A stretch of DNA of 64,000 nt from a virus (IMGVR_UViG_3300046453_000063:99995-163994); one strand, 5' to 3'. Positions 1 through 10,506 are shown, counted from the first letter of the stretch. Notes: generated from the sequence alone by a model not told the origin. Translations and numbers: made by a program.

Positions 1-1019
1 TAGCGAGGAGATGTATAAACTTCTCCACAATAAACTTCAGTGATTGTTTCGATACAAGCCAACCATTTACGAAGCTCGCCCTCAAGCTGTTCTGATGTCA
101 GCGAGAAACTATTTGCCGCTACTGGATCAGCAGGGTGTGGTTCAATGGGTTGAGTTTGTTCAAAAGATTCTTTAATCTTTTCTTCCAATTCTTCAATTGA
201 AAACTCAGAATAAACAATCTCTTTTTCAACCAACTGTTCTTCTGTTAGACTGTATTTTTCCAACAGAGAAGCAATATTATCAGGCACTTTGTTACCTCCT
301 TCTTGCGAATCTGGTGCAACATTACTTGCTAAATGTTGCCCGTTATTAATAGAGAATTGTAGCTCTTTTAACATTTCAAAGAATGATTCTTCAAATGTTG
401 ATGTGGAATATTGTTCAAGTTGCGCCATTGGAAAGCACGGAGTTACATTACTTCCTAAAGCGGCAACGGCTTCAAATATAAAGGAGTTTATTTTGTAACA
501 TCCTGATTCCTTAGAATAACTTCCTTTAACTTCACCGATTTCCATAGACACTTTAGGTTCAATGCCTTGACTCATCCATTCCTGAATTTTTTGTGTAGCT
601 TCATAACGTTTCCAAAGATACACATTGTCCACAACTACATAAGTCTTCATATCTGGACTGTCTTCGGTTCCTTCATTTACCTCTTCATATGAAACATTTG
701 CATCGGAAGAGATTACTCCAATTGGATACGTATCATTTTTGATAGTAAGATTGCCAGATTTATCTGTAGTCAAATATGGGTTGTGGCCTTCGAGATCTCC
801 ATCGGCTCCATCTTTATCCATATCATCAGTGTATTTTGCGACAACTGGGATATTAAAGATAGTCTGTTTAGCTAATTCAAAAGCTTCTTCTGAAATATCT
901 GAATTATTTCTGTTTTCTCCAAAAGCAAATACTTTCATTTTTACTTTTAAAAATTGGCTATCATGCTCACGAATATCTTCAAAATTTGCATTGAAAGATA
1001 AGTGTTTATCTTTTTTCAA
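1..1019 (-). CDS. Prohead protease/scaffold protein (YonD-like), truncated by window edge; missing from ORF track
   Basis: Manual translation from TTG at 1019 with GAGGTG RBS: MKKDKHLSFNANFEDIREHDSQFLKVKMKVFAFGENRNNSDIS...YLWKRY...VSMEI...ALGSNVTPCF. Open to base 1; directly downstream of portal. Confidence 0.8.
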   Translation of the reverse strand, partial: MKKDKHLSFNANFEDIREHDSQFLKVKMKVFAFGENRNNSDISEEAFELAKQTIFNIPVVAKYTDDMDKDGADGDLEGHNPYLTTDKSGNLTIKNDTYPIGVISSDANVSYEEVNEGTEDSPDMKTYVVVDNVYLWKRYEATQKIQEWMSQGIEPKVSMEIGEVKGSYSKESGCYKINSFIFEAVAALGSNVTPCFPMAQLEQYSTSTFEESFFEMLKELQFSINNGQHLASNVAPDSQEGGNKVPDNIASLLEKYSLTEEQLVEKEIVYSEFSIEELEEKIKESFEQTQPIEPHPADPVAANSFSLTSEQLEGELRKWLACIETITEVYCGEVYTSPR

Positions 1020-1048
1020 TTTCTCACCTCCAATCAAGAATAAATTAA

Positions 1049-2560
1049 TTATTCTCTCATGCCGTCTCCATTCGAATCATTTTCAATGGTCTTTTCTTTA
1101 GAATCAGACGCACTCTTATTCTGTGGTCTCCCACCATCGGACGCAGAACCGCTTGCAGTATAGCTAGATGATAATGGAATGAATTTATTTGGCAAATCGA
1201 GAATCTCATTTTCAAGAAATGCATCCATAAACATAGCACTAGGGTCATTGCCCATTGCAGCGTTTATGAGTCTTTTTTCGGGGAATCCAAGTGAGGAGGC
1301 TTCTTTTGCTCTAGCCATAAACTCATCACGATTGAAGATACTGATTTTAGGCATCTCAACTTTAAACATTTTATCGCCAAAGAAACGGCTTAAATATATA
1401 TTCAGCCATCGTTCAACTTGATAGAGTATTTTAAAAGACTTCGCCTCATCAACCATAATTGCTTTGGCAAGAGAGGCAGATGTGGTCTTATCATTACTAC
1501 TAAATAGCAATTGACTTACGCCCGTATCGGACCAATATTGACTTGTGGCTTCAGCAACCTTATTTCTGTCAACAGAGTCTTTATCGAACGATATGTCCTT
1601 AACTTCCATTGGAGAAGTAATAACACCTACCTGCATAGGAACATTACTTTGAATGTTCTCATGAAAAGTCTGTGCAAAGTCAGGCGTAATTAAAAACTCA
1701 TTTTCAGTTCCGCTTTTCTCATTGATGGGAATCTTTTGAAATAGTAATTTATAATTTCCCATCTCGGCTTCAGACTTATCAAGTTGTTTGAAATCATTGA
1801 TATTTAAAGCAGATTCAAAAGAAGAGACGTTCGGGGGGAGGAAGTACCAGTTTGATTCGTCCGTTTTTATACAAATTACATTTTCAGACTTTAGCGGATA
1901 CCAATAAGTCGAACGTTTATTCTTGATATTTGAACTATTATCTTTGTATGCATCCCTGAACTCTTGCGGGAACATAGCTAAGCGTTCGGGATATGTATAA
2001 AAATACACAAGATTGAAACTAATGAAATACATCCCACGTTCAAAATATGTGATCTTGCAATAATCAGGATCTAATTGTTGAAAGAAGAAGTCACTATTAT
2101 CTTGATGGACATAGCCACAATAAATACCATCTCGATAAACAGATTCCAATATCTTAGAAAACTCATGACGAATGTTCATCTTCTCAACAAAGCTAACAAA
2201 TTGATAATATTTATTCTCATATTCTTTCTTCTTAATTTTCTTTGGGTTCTGGCTGACTGGCTTGATGAGAAAATCAAGAGTAAGAATAGAAGAGAGGTAG
2301 TTGACCAACATATTGTATTGAGGAGATGCATTGTAGAGGAATTTGCTTATACGTCTGAGCTGTTTCTGATTTGCATCTAACTCAGGAGCAAGTATATATC
2401 TTCGCAGATCTTCTCTCGTAAACGTACCGATTAGTTTTTCTTGGGTACGATACGGATAAGTGGAGAGATCAATGAGTTGTAACTTTTGAAAAGTCTCAGC
2501 ATAATGAGCGTGTTTTTGTTCAAGAGCTTCCTCTTTTGTTAATTGCTTTTCTTCTGGCAT
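1049..2560 (-). CDS. Portal protein (YonE-like)
   Basis: 503 aa, between terminase and protease; C-terminal FIPLSSSYT...GGRP tail typical of this portal group. Confidence 0.85.
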   Translation of the reverse strand: MPEEKQLTKEEALEQKHAHYAETFQKLQLIDLSTYPYRTQEKLIGTFTREDLRRYILAPELDANQKQLRRISKFLYNASPQYNMLVNYLSSILTLDFLIKPVSQNPKKIKKKEYENKYYQFVSFVEKMNIRHEFSKILESVYRDGIYCGYVHQDNSDFFFQQLDPDYCKITYFERGMYFISFNLVYFYTYPERLAMFPQEFRDAYKDNSSNIKNKRSTYWYPLKSENVICIKTDESNWYFLPPNVSSFESALNINDFKQLDKSEAEMGNYKLLFQKIPINEKSGTENEFLITPDFAQTFHENIQSNVPMQVGVITSPMEVKDISFDKDSVDRNKVAEATSQYWSDTGVSQLLFSSNDKTTSASLAKAIMVDEAKSFKILYQVERWLNIYLSRFFGDKMFKVEMPKISIFNRDEFMARAKEASSLGFPEKRLINAAMGNDPSAMFMDAFLENEILDLPNKFIPLSSSYTASGSASDGGRPQNKSASDSKEKTIENDSNGDGMRE

Positions 2561-2619
2561 TTAGTATTGTCACCGCCTTTATGCCGATAGTGGGTGGAGA
2601 GAGGGGGAGTGTTTTAATA

Positions 2620-4368
2620 TTAACCGTAAACATTTGGTTTTTTCATGAAGAAGAAGTCCATAGGATTATAGGTATTTTTATCTTTTAAACGATCCTCGAA
2701 GTTTTTGATGTACCAAAGACCCATTGCTAAGGCTGAATATCTATCCTTATCAACTCTTTTAGTGAGTTGTTCAATGGTGTATTTACCATTGGCATTTTGC
2801 TTGAGTTTTAGATTAGCTACTTCTTCAATTAGTAAATCTGTTTGAATAAATGGATACATCTTTTTTGCGTATTCACTATCATTTATGTCATAATTATTGT
2901 CAGAATTTTTCATCAACAACTGCAACTTAGATGATTCAATAGCATCAATAAAATTAATAATAATATCATTGTTAATTCCCTGAGCCGTTAGTGCATACAC
3001 CAGCTTTGGTGATTTTGTAATTTCTGGTTGATCATCCGTATTTATAGTATCCCAACAACCTAGGCTATCACCAGTTGCAGGATCAAAGACATCTTTTAGC
3101 AGTTCATCTCTAAGACCAGAACCAACCCCATTTACGTCAACAACAACCATTTTTGCATTGTATAGATTTCTAATTCTTTTAACCTCTATACCTTGACCCG
3201 TAAAATTAAGTCCATTTGGAAGATTTATTAGATTAACCAAGGATAATCTTACGATTCTTTCTTCTTTGTTTCTTTTTATTTTTATTACTGCAATAGATGA
3301 CTGGTTGTTGTTTTGCGATGAACTTCTTGCTACGTCTACGCCCAAAACATACTCACTTTTTCCATCACCTTTTAATTCTGGCTGTGATAATGTTCTTAGA
3401 TCAATTACTTTATTTATATTGACTAAGGCTGAATCACTAGCGCCAACCCATTTGCTTTCATAGTTCATGGCGAAGAATGTAGGAGATAATTTAGATTTCT
3501 TTTCTAGTAATGAGGATTTTGGTTCTCCTCTACCGTAGTTAACGGCGAGTTGCCAATCAGATCCCATAACTATTTTTCCTTTTAATTCCGCCATTTCATC
3601 AATCATCAAGATATTTCTCTCGAATTCGTCCGAACCCCTAAACCCCGATGTAGTCATGAAGTTAATTTGTCCATTAAGTTCTTCAGGATTAATCAAAGCC
3701 TCTTTGCCAATGGTTCTGCGAGGAACGTTCACGATTGGCTCCAATACGTCTTGAAATAACATGTTGTTCAATAGATTTGATTCTTCGCAGTTTAGACGTT
3801 TTCGTCTAGCTCCTTTTGAACTTTGAGCATTAGCCATAACATCTAATCGTCCACCAGATGTAAAAACTATTTCAACTTTATCTGTTGAAAATTGAGGTTT
3901 ACCAGATATCTCGTTTTGAATTAAGGGGTAGAATTTTAGAATTTCTCTAAACTTTTCATCAACTAGTTTTGCTGCATTCTCACGTGTTTGTGCCGTCATT
4001 GTTATTTCGATGTCAGGGTGGAAAATTGCAGCATGGACCATTCCCATCACTTCGAGCAAGGTCTTGCCGTAACCTCTGGGGAATACCATGTAGTTAGATA
4101 TAAATCTAGCAACAGAACGAAGATATACCCTCTGGTCTAAATCAAGACGAATACCTCCCGTTGATGGGGTAATCAAATCCCACCATAAATCCGGGAAAAA
4201 TCTAGCCCACGAAACAAAGTCAATATATTTGTCTAAATTCTTGGTAAAACTATCCGATTCATCTATCCCTCGTGCAGCCACAGTCGGATTAAAGTTTGGG
4301 TTTCTGGTATCATGTCTATTTTTTGTATGTTTGTTGTTATCTGACTGATGATTTGAATGAGAAGCCAT
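2620..4368 (-). CDS. terL: Terminase large subunit (YonF-like)
   Basis: Walker A PRGYGKT, Walker B-like LNCEES, RNase H-like nuclease motifs LGVDVARS, VVDVNGVG, KDRYSA. Confidence 0.93.
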   Translation of the reverse strand: MASHSNHQSDNNKHTKNRHDTRNPNFNPTVAARGIDESDSFTKNLDKYIDFVSWARFFPDLWWDLITPSTGGIRLDLDQRVYLRSVARFISNYMVFPRGYGKTLLEVMGMVHAAIFHPDIEITMTAQTRENAAKLVDEKFREILKFYPLIQNEISGKPQFSTDKVEIVFTSGGRLDVMANAQSSKGARRKRLNCEESNLLNNMLFQDVLEPIVNVPRRTIGKEALINPEELNGQINFMTTSGFRGSDEFERNILMIDEMAELKGKIVMGSDWQLAVNYGRGEPKSSLLEKKSKLSPTFFAMNYESKWVGASDSALVNINKVIDLRTLSQPELKGDGKSEYVLGVDVARSSSQNNNQSSIAVIKIKRNKEERIVRLSLVNLINLPNGLNFTGQGIEVKRIRNLYNAKMVVVDVNGVGSGLRDELLKDVFDPATGDSLGCWDTINTDDQPEITKSPKLVYALTAQGINNDIIINFIDAIESSKLQLLMKNSDNNYDINDSEYAKKMYPFIQTDLLIEEVANLKLKQNANGKYTIEQLTKRVDKDRYSALAMGLWYIKNFEDRLKDKNTYNPMDFFFMKKPNVYG

Positions 4369-5285
4369 TATTCATCACCATCTTCAGACAATGATTGTTC
4401 GTATTCTTTCTTTCTCACTTCATAAAACTGATATATCTCCTCGTATTCAACGAGAGGAAGTCCTTTTAGGTCTCTGATATAGTTTACATAGCACCAAAGA
4501 GTGAAGTCGGCCTTGTCTTGAGGTCTTTCTTTAAACCTTGGCAAGATGGTGACAATATCAACGGCTTGTTCAACCGATCTAACTAATTGTCCAAAGGTAT
4601 CTAATCCATCTGATAGGTCTGATTTAGACAATTGTGATGGGTTAATCTTTGCAGCGGTAGCAGCATCTTTGGCAAGTGTACCCCATTCTTTAGCAGCCTT
4701 AGAATCATTGCTTGCTGTTGCAAGCTCTTCTTTTGCTCTGTATCTTATATAAGTGAGTAGCGCCTCAGTATGCATCGCTGTTTTTTCTTGATAGTTATTC
4801 TTGAGCATATTATATTTTCTTTCAAAAGAAATATACTCTTCCTCTGAATATCCATATCCCCATTTATCTATTAGTTCATCGGTTATAATAAATCCATCTT
4901 TTTTTTTATTGAATGTCGGAATGATATCTTCGGATATGTCTTGTTTTTTGTTCTCAAAAGAACTATCTTTCCATGTCATATTCTTATATTGCTGCATGCC
5001 GATATTCTTCATGTATTTTCCAAATATATTCTCGGGGTTTTCGTTTACCGATGTAGTATATATATCATATATGTAGGGCTTATCTATTTGTCTTAAAACT
5101 TCTTGTAATGAAACCTCTGGTTTGCGGAGATCAAACATTTCAGACAAACAAATTTTACACACTGGCACTTTCTTATCTGAATGAAGAGATGAATAACTAA
5201 TATAATAGTCTCTTAAATATTTTTCTTTTTGACACTTTAAACAAACCTTTTTATCCTGAACTTCCTTAACCTTTTTCATAGCCAT
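4368..5285 (-). CDS. YonG-like protein with N-terminal zinc finger, candidate terminase small subunit
   Basis: CxxC...CxxC at N-terminus; overlaps terL start by 1 nt; syntenic position. Confidence 0.6.
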   Translation of the reverse strand: MAMKKVKEVQDKKVCLKCQKEKYLRDYYISYSSLHSDKKVPVCKICLSEMFDLRKPEVSLQEVLRQIDKPYIYDIYTTSVNENPENIFGKYMKNIGMQQYKNMTWKDSSFENKKQDISEDIIPTFNKKKDGFIITDELIDKWGYGYSEEEYISFERKYNMLKNNYQEKTAMHTEALLTYIRYRAKEELATASNDSKAAKEWGTLAKDAATAAKINPSQLSKSDLSDGLDTFGQLVRSVEQAVDIVTILPRFKERPQDKADFTLWCYVNYIRDLKGLPLVEYEEIYQFYEVRKKEYEQSLSEDGDE

Positions 5286-5306
5286 TCCTTCACCTTCTCC
5301 ACATGA

Positions 5307-6182
5307 CTATTTATCGAAATTAGATTTTCTTATTGCCTTGAGTTTTCCATACTCATAAAATTCAGACATGCTAGAAGAATTTACTAACAAATTGTCAATA
5401 TCAAAACATATCCAACTTGACCCGGAATTTAGAAAATCAACAGCATATTCATATATTTCTTTTACCTTGTGTTTTGTTGGTAGATAGTCTTTTTTACTGA
5501 CCACTCTTATTTCCTTCCAGCCTCTGCGATTCAAGGCATACCATCTTGCTTTTTCATACTTTTCAAAATCTTCTCTTGACTTTTCTCCTCTTTTAACATT
5601 TAAATCATGACCGCTGCCGTCAAACTCTAAGTATATTTTTTGTTCTGGGAAAGCAACATCAAGAGATAAGGTATGTACTGGGTAATTTAATATACCACCA
5701 ATAGAACTTTGTATATATTTTTGTTGGCATGATACTGGCGCACTGCCGTTTTCAAATAAAGTTTTTCTTCTTTTTATAGCAGCGCAAGTTTGACATCTGC
5801 CACCAATTTTAAAACTATCATAAGAAATTTCATCTATCTTTCCGCATTCACATATATACTTCATTTTACATCTTGCGTTAATATAGTCTTTTTCATCTAT
5901 TAGCAATTTACAGTTTCCGTCTAAAAATTCTTTTTCTAAGTATTCAAAAGGAAGTCGTAATTGTATTGATTGGTTTTCATATTTACACTTAATACATCTT
6001 TTGCCACACTTGAATTTATCAAAACAAATTTCTGCTTCCCTATTACAAATACATATATATTTCATCTTTGTTTTTGCGTTTTTATATTCTGTATCTAATA
6101 ACTTACATCCATTATCTTCAAAATACTTTTTAACATCTTCATACTGTAATCTTCTTGTACACCACGTATTGTCCTTATTCAT
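5307..6182 (-). CDS. Free-standing homing-endonuclease-like protein (repeated Zn-finger domains plus Vsr/PD-(D/E)xK-like nuclease)
   Basis: Two KMKYICxC...RCxxC repeats; C-terminal LDVA...IYLEFDGSGH...GW motif. Confidence 0.7.
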   Translation of the reverse strand: MNKDNTWCTRRLQYEDVKKYFEDNGCKLLDTEYKNAKTKMKYICICNREAEICFDKFKCGKRCIKCKYENQSIQLRLPFEYLEKEFLDGNCKLLIDEKDYINARCKMKYICECGKIDEISYDSFKIGGRCQTCAAIKRRKTLFENGSAPVSCQQKYIQSSIGGILNYPVHTLSLDVAFPEQKIYLEFDGSGHDLNVKRGEKSREDFEKYEKARWYALNRRGWKEIRVVSKKDYLPTKHKVKEIYEYAVDFLNSGSSWICFDIDNLLVNSSSMSEFYEYGKLKAIRKSNFDK

Positions 6183-6230
6183 AAACCATCACATTCCTCA
6201 CAATATAATATCCTCACTTAATTTAAAAAT

Positions 6231-6291
6231 GACATGAGAAGATGAGTGAGGTCACCATTCACTTAGATAGCTAGTCTAAGAGTCTCATGTC
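6231..6291 (-). promoter_or_regulatory. Structured leader upstream of endonuclease gene
   Basis: Outer stem GACATGAGA/TCTCATGTC enclosing CTTAGA-TAGCTAG-TCTAAG; its CCTCAC (mRNA sense) is complementary to two downstream GTGAGG SD-like sites. Confidence 0.5.
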
Positions 6292-6506
6292 GTAAAAAAT
6301 CACTATTAATAACTCAAAAAACCGAATAAAACTCCCATTTCACAACACTTCAAAAAGTAAAACTTAAATGAGGATAGCGGGGGAGTGTCCACTGTTTAAT
6401 GCAAACCCTTGTAGCAGGGGCATCCTCATTTAAAAAATAAGAACAATAAAAAGGGCGATTCTAGATTAGCAATCGTCCAAGGATTTCTTCTTATTTTTAC
6501 AATAAA

Positions 6507-6878
6507 TTAAACGTAATCATCGTCTTCTCCGTCACCATCAACAAGTTCGATCTCGAATGTGTACCCGTCATTCATAGCATCAATATCCATTTGTAGCATA
6601 TCAACTTCCATAGTCAATTTATCTAGTCTCTCAGCAAGCGCTCCATGACTAGAGGCATGACCCCAAAGCTTCATTAATTCAAATTTCAATTCATCTTTAG
6701 TTTTTGCTTTGCACAATACTTCAACATAATTATCCAGAACTAGATTGAGATTAATTTTCATATTCGGAACAATAATTACATTTGTATCTGTAGCAATGTC
6801 CTCATCAGACAGAAAGGTAGAAGGGAGGTCTCGCGGATCTCCATCGGGATTGGTATTCCAGTATTCATCCTCAGTAAT
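6507..6878 (-). CDS. Hypothetical acidic protein, probable ATT start
   Basis: Track ORF 6507-6761 extends in frame 39 codons to ATT at 6878, 8 nt from a GGAGG RBS. Confidence 0.6.
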   Translation of the reverse strand: MTEDEYWNTNPDGDPRDLPSTFLSDEDIATDTNVIIVPNMKINLNLVLDNYVEVLCKAKTKDELKFELMKLWGHASSHGALAERLDKLTMEVDMLQMDIDAMNDGYTFEIELVDGDGEDDDYV

Positions 6879-6965
6879 TTTAAACGCCTCCCCTAAGTAA
6901 GATATCTAGTTGACTATGTATAATTGGTGTATAATTATATTGATATGTCTATGTATATTCATACT

Positions 6966-7703
6966 TTAAACCTGATAATTCATTAACGCTTCGTACAATT
7001 TGTCTGGAATTCTATTATGATATGTATTAGCCACATCTTTAATTAAATTTTCTTTATATTTCTTATATACCATATGTGCTTCGAGTGGCGTGTCGTATAT
7101 TCCCAAATAAACCCGTTTTCCGTTTTTGTTACAACTTGCCTCATACTTATTGAACTTTTTATGATAAGTTACTCCTAGTGGCGAACTTCCACTATCTATT
7201 CTTGTTCTGCCATTAATCAGCATATTTATTGAACTTGGAGCAATTATACATAACTCTGCCGAATATGTTTTATTTTCTCTAAATAAAATATCTTTATCTA
7301 ACATCATGACTTCATTGTTAACTTGATAATAATTATCCGTATACCATCTTGCGAAATTTTGGTAGTTGTGCCAATCTGATGAGACATTGCATTCAGAATA
7401 TGATAAATCTCTTGCACGATTCTTATTAGTACCGTAACATCTTTCTATCATTCCGCGCCAAATGTTGTGAGCTTTATCATTGGAGTCAAATTCTCCACAT
7501 CCCATAAAACCAACATTACATAAACTTGGTGCGTATGGGTTTGTAACTCCACCTCGTTTGAAGTTCCCATATCGCACATTTTGTTTAATAAATCCATCAT
7601 CAAATTCAACACTAATATTATTCTCGCTTATGTATGATACTATTTTCATCTTCTGTCCGCTATTTGTATAAGATATTTCACCAATGCGATTAGTTTTTTT
7701 AAT
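6966..7703 (-). CDS. Homing endonuclease (HNH-like plus AP2-like C-terminus), probable ATT start
   Basis: WRGMIERCY, WHNYQNFARW, LDKDIL, YS...C, and LGVTYHK...YLGIYDTPLEAH AP2-like domain; in-frame extension to ATT after TAGGAGG. Confidence 0.8.
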   Translation of the reverse strand: MKKTNRIGEISYTNSGQKMKIVSYISENNISVEFDDGFIKQNVRYGNFKRGGVTNPYAPSLCNVGFMGCGEFDSNDKAHNIWRGMIERCYGTNKNRARDLSYSECNVSSDWHNYQNFARWYTDNYYQVNNEVMMLDKDILFRENKTYSAELCIIAPSSINMLINGRTRIDSGSSPLGVTYHKKFNKYEASCNKNGKRVYLGIYDTPLEAHMVYKKYKENLIKDVANTYHNRIPDKLYEALMNYQV

Positions 7704-7777
7704 AATTGCGTCCTCCTAAACAATTATTGATATAGGAGGGCAGTGGGAGTGTACCCCACAATGAGTCACCCAAAAAT

Positions 7778-9076
7778 TTATTCTACTGTTGTATAAATGG
7801 CATCCAATAGTCCCAATTCTTTATCCCAAATAAAAGACTGTCCAACTTTTAAGGCTCCGACATATCCTGATTCATAGTGCCATGTGTCAGTTCCAGTGGG
7901 AGAATTTAAATAACGAATAATAACACCATTATCCTTCGTCACAGTCTTCTCAGAGTGAAAATGTCCGGCATGAACTTCATGATAAACTGTTCGACCCCAT
8001 GCCTCTCTAGCTTCTACTGGCATAACTTCTCCAATTCGTTTACCTTCGGCGTGACCGTGAGAAAATTGAATTAGACATTTTCCAAACTCAACGTATTTGC
8101 GAATTTTAGGATCTGTATCCACAGTTACATTGGGTTCATTTCTGAACCATGCTGCAAGATGTTCTGTTGCGACATAACTTGTCAATTTATCATGATTTGC
8201 TCCAACATAGAAGGTTTCAACTGGAGCAATTTGTGATAGAATATCAACTGCCTCAACTAGCATCTTCGTCCCGATTTTATACATTTGTGCAAACTTTAAA
8301 TCGGTATCTTGCGGTGTTCCTCCAGTGGTTGTTTTGGTCAGTCCATCATAATGGAAAAAGTCATTACTCCAACAGAAAAGGATTTTTTCGAATTCATATG
8401 CTTGTGTTCTAGTCAAAACATCGTTTATGATATGAAAAAATCTTTCCCTTGCAATTTCCCAATTATATGTATCATTAGAATCTCCTTGCCAAGCGAGTTT
8501 TCCCAAATGAATATCTGCAATAGATACTTCAAGCATCTTGCCATTTTTACTATAGCGAATTGGATTGTGTAGTGGGCGCACGTAGTTATCTGACATTTCT
8601 TTAAACATAGATCGAAGTGATTCGAGGGATAGCTCATCTCTTTTTGGTTTAACGGAAATCTTACTAGAGTAAAGTTGCATAATACCATCTTTTTTCGAAT
8701 AGGAGTTCCAAATATTCGAACGAGCAGAGATTAACTCCCACAGATCAGGATTATAACCGTGTGCTTTAAGCAGATAATTAACATCTTTGGAATCCTCAAT
8801 AGACATTTTGACGAGTTTATTACTGGTTTGTGATCCATCTTTATTAATCTCGATAGATTCTTTGAAATTGTCAGTATTAGAAGATTGGAGGTCGTTGTTT
8901 TTATCTTGAACTCCTTGAGTTCTAAGTCTATTCTTTACCCATAGACGGTATTGTTCGCCATCAGAAAACATTCCATTACTAAAATCTTCTGCAAGAGAAG
9001 CCCAACTATCTGTAATGTCACCGTTTCGCTTTTTAATCCCAATTTCCAGTAGTTTTTCAGGAGTAATAGTCATCAA
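7778..9076 (-). CDS. Calcineurin-like metallophosphoesterase (YonJ-like)
   Basis: ADIHLG, NDFFH, ANHD, SHGH, GHFH motifs. Confidence 0.8.
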   Translation of the reverse strand: MMTITPEKLLEIGIKKRNGDITDSWASLAEDFSNGMFSDGEQYRLWVKNRLRTQGVQDKNNDLQSSNTDNFKESIEINKDGSQTSNKLVKMSIEDSKDVNYLLKAHGYNPDLWELISARSNIWNSYSKKDGIMQLYSSKISVKPKRDELSLESLRSMFKEMSDNYVRPLHNPIRYSKNGKMLEVSIADIHLGKLAWQGDSNDTYNWEIARERFFHIINDVLTRTQAYEFEKILFCWSNDFFHYDGLTKTTTGGTPQDTDLKFAQMYKIGTKMLVEAVDILSQIAPVETFYVGANHDKLTSYVATEHLAAWFRNEPNVTVDTDPKIRKYVEFGKCLIQFSHGHAEGKRIGEVMPVEAREAWGRTVYHEVHAGHFHSEKTVTKDNGVIIRYLNSPTGTDTWHYESGYVGALKVGQSFIWDKELGLLDAIYTTVE

Positions 9077-9084
9077 ATCACTCC

Positions 9085-9279
9085 TTATTCTTCTACTTGA
9101 TGACTAGGCTCGAAATCAGAAGCTACAGTAATAGAAATGTTACTACCATCAAAATCTTGAAGGAGAGACTTAAGATCAAAAATGTAAATCCCGTTTTTAT
9201 CTTCAGCAGTTACTGTCATTTTGTCCATTTCAAATAGACCAGTACGATTAACTGTTTTACTGTCCTTATTTTTAGCCAT
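9085..9279 (-). CDS. YonK-like small protein
   Basis: 64 aa, immediately upstream of the yonJ-like gene; DLKSLLQDFDGSNISIT pattern. Confidence 0.65.
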   Translation of the reverse strand: MAKNKDSKTVNRTGLFEMDKMTVTAEDKNGIYIFDLKSLLQDFDGSNISITVASDFEPSHQVEE

Positions 9280-9312
9280 ATTTCATTACTCCCTAATATG
9301 TATTTTTATTAA

Positions 9313-10506
9313 TTACATACGATCAGCAATCGCTGCAATTTTAGAGCGATAGATTGTTTTAAACTCAACTTCACCATACAACTGTTCACCACGAAATACT
9401 GTGCTTGTGCGCTTTATCCCATTATTAATTCCAGCATAAGAATCTGAATCTACCTGTGTTTTGTCATCGCCATCAATGATAATCTGGCTACCCTTACCAA
9501 TGCGCTGCAGACCAAGCTTCATCAAGTCAACAGATAGATTTTGTGCTTCAGAAATCCATACCAACGATTTATCACCAGTGTCATATCCTCGAATATCAAC
9601 AAATGGAATCAATACAAGTCTTCCAGTGGCAATCAGCGCCTCAACTTCTTCTTTATTACCCAATTTGCTAATCAGTAAGTTTCCAATGCCGCTCTGCAAT
9701 AACTTCTCGTTCTTATCACCTTTATAAAAGCCGATTTCTTGCGCTCCCCGTACGGGAACAGGATTTACCAGACAGATGAGTTTATTAATTCTGCCCTTTT
9801 CGAGTTGATGCATTGCATATGCAAACGCGAGCAAACTTTTACCAGAACCTGCTTTACCACGCAGAAGTGTAATATCATTTGTAATCAATGAATCAATAGC
9901 GGCAATCTGATGCATGTCGAGTGGCTTGAATTTTCCCATTGCTACAGTAGATAAATTCTTTTCCGCACAATCAACAAACTCTTTACCGTTCCACTTCTTA
10001 ACATCTACGGGTTGACCAGACTCTCTTATGATAATTATGTATTCGTTAGTTAGAAGATTATATTTATTAATATTTCTATTTTCGTAAAAGTAAGCCATTT
10101 CAGATTCGCTCATTGTGATTTCTTTATATCCACAATAGGAATCTTCACTATAAGCATCGTCGGGTTCATATACGTCTACACCAAGAGATTTTGCTTTAAG
10201 TTGTGCAAGAAAATCGCCAGATATGAGAGAGGCATCGTGAAATTCAGCGCAAGCAACAATGACATCATCATTACTAAGTTGTGCTGCTGAATGCTGTTTT
10301 CCGAATTCATGATCATAGAAGATATCTGTTTTCGATTTTAATTTGCGAACCGCCTGACGAGCACGAAACGCCGTATCGGTAATGCCAACTTTTAATTTAT
10401 CAAGTTCATGAAGTACAATTTCAGGAATAATAATTGAATTTTCAATATCAAGAACTTCAATATGTTGCAACAGGGCGTTAGTATCAACTACGACCTTATT
10501 TTTCAT
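9313..10506 (-). CDS. phoH: PIN-domain plus PhoH ATPase (PhoH2/YlaK-like)
   Basis: VVDTNALL, ELDKLK, NDD PIN motifs; GKAGSGKS, IRG, EAQN, RIG, DGD..Q.D, RS..A PhoH motifs. Confidence 0.9.
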   Translation of the reverse strand: MKNKVVVDTNALLQHIEVLDIENSIIIPEIVLHELDKLKVGITDTAFRARQAVRKLKSKTDIFYDHEFGKQHSAAQLSNDDVIVACAEFHDASLISGDFLAQLKAKSLGVDVYEPDDAYSEDSYCGYKEITMSESEMAYFYENRNINKYNLLTNEYIIIIRESGQPVDVKKWNGKEFVDCAEKNLSTVAMGKFKPLDMHQIAAIDSLITNDITLLRGKAGSGKSLLAFAYAMHQLEKGRINKLICLVNPVPVRGAQEIGFYKGDKNEKLLQSGIGNLLISKLGNKEEVEALIATGRLVLIPFVDIRGYDTGDKSLVWISEAQNLSVDLMKLGLQRIGKGSQIIIDGDDKTQVDSDSYAGINNGIKRTSTVFRGEQLYGEVEFKTIYRSKIAAIADRM

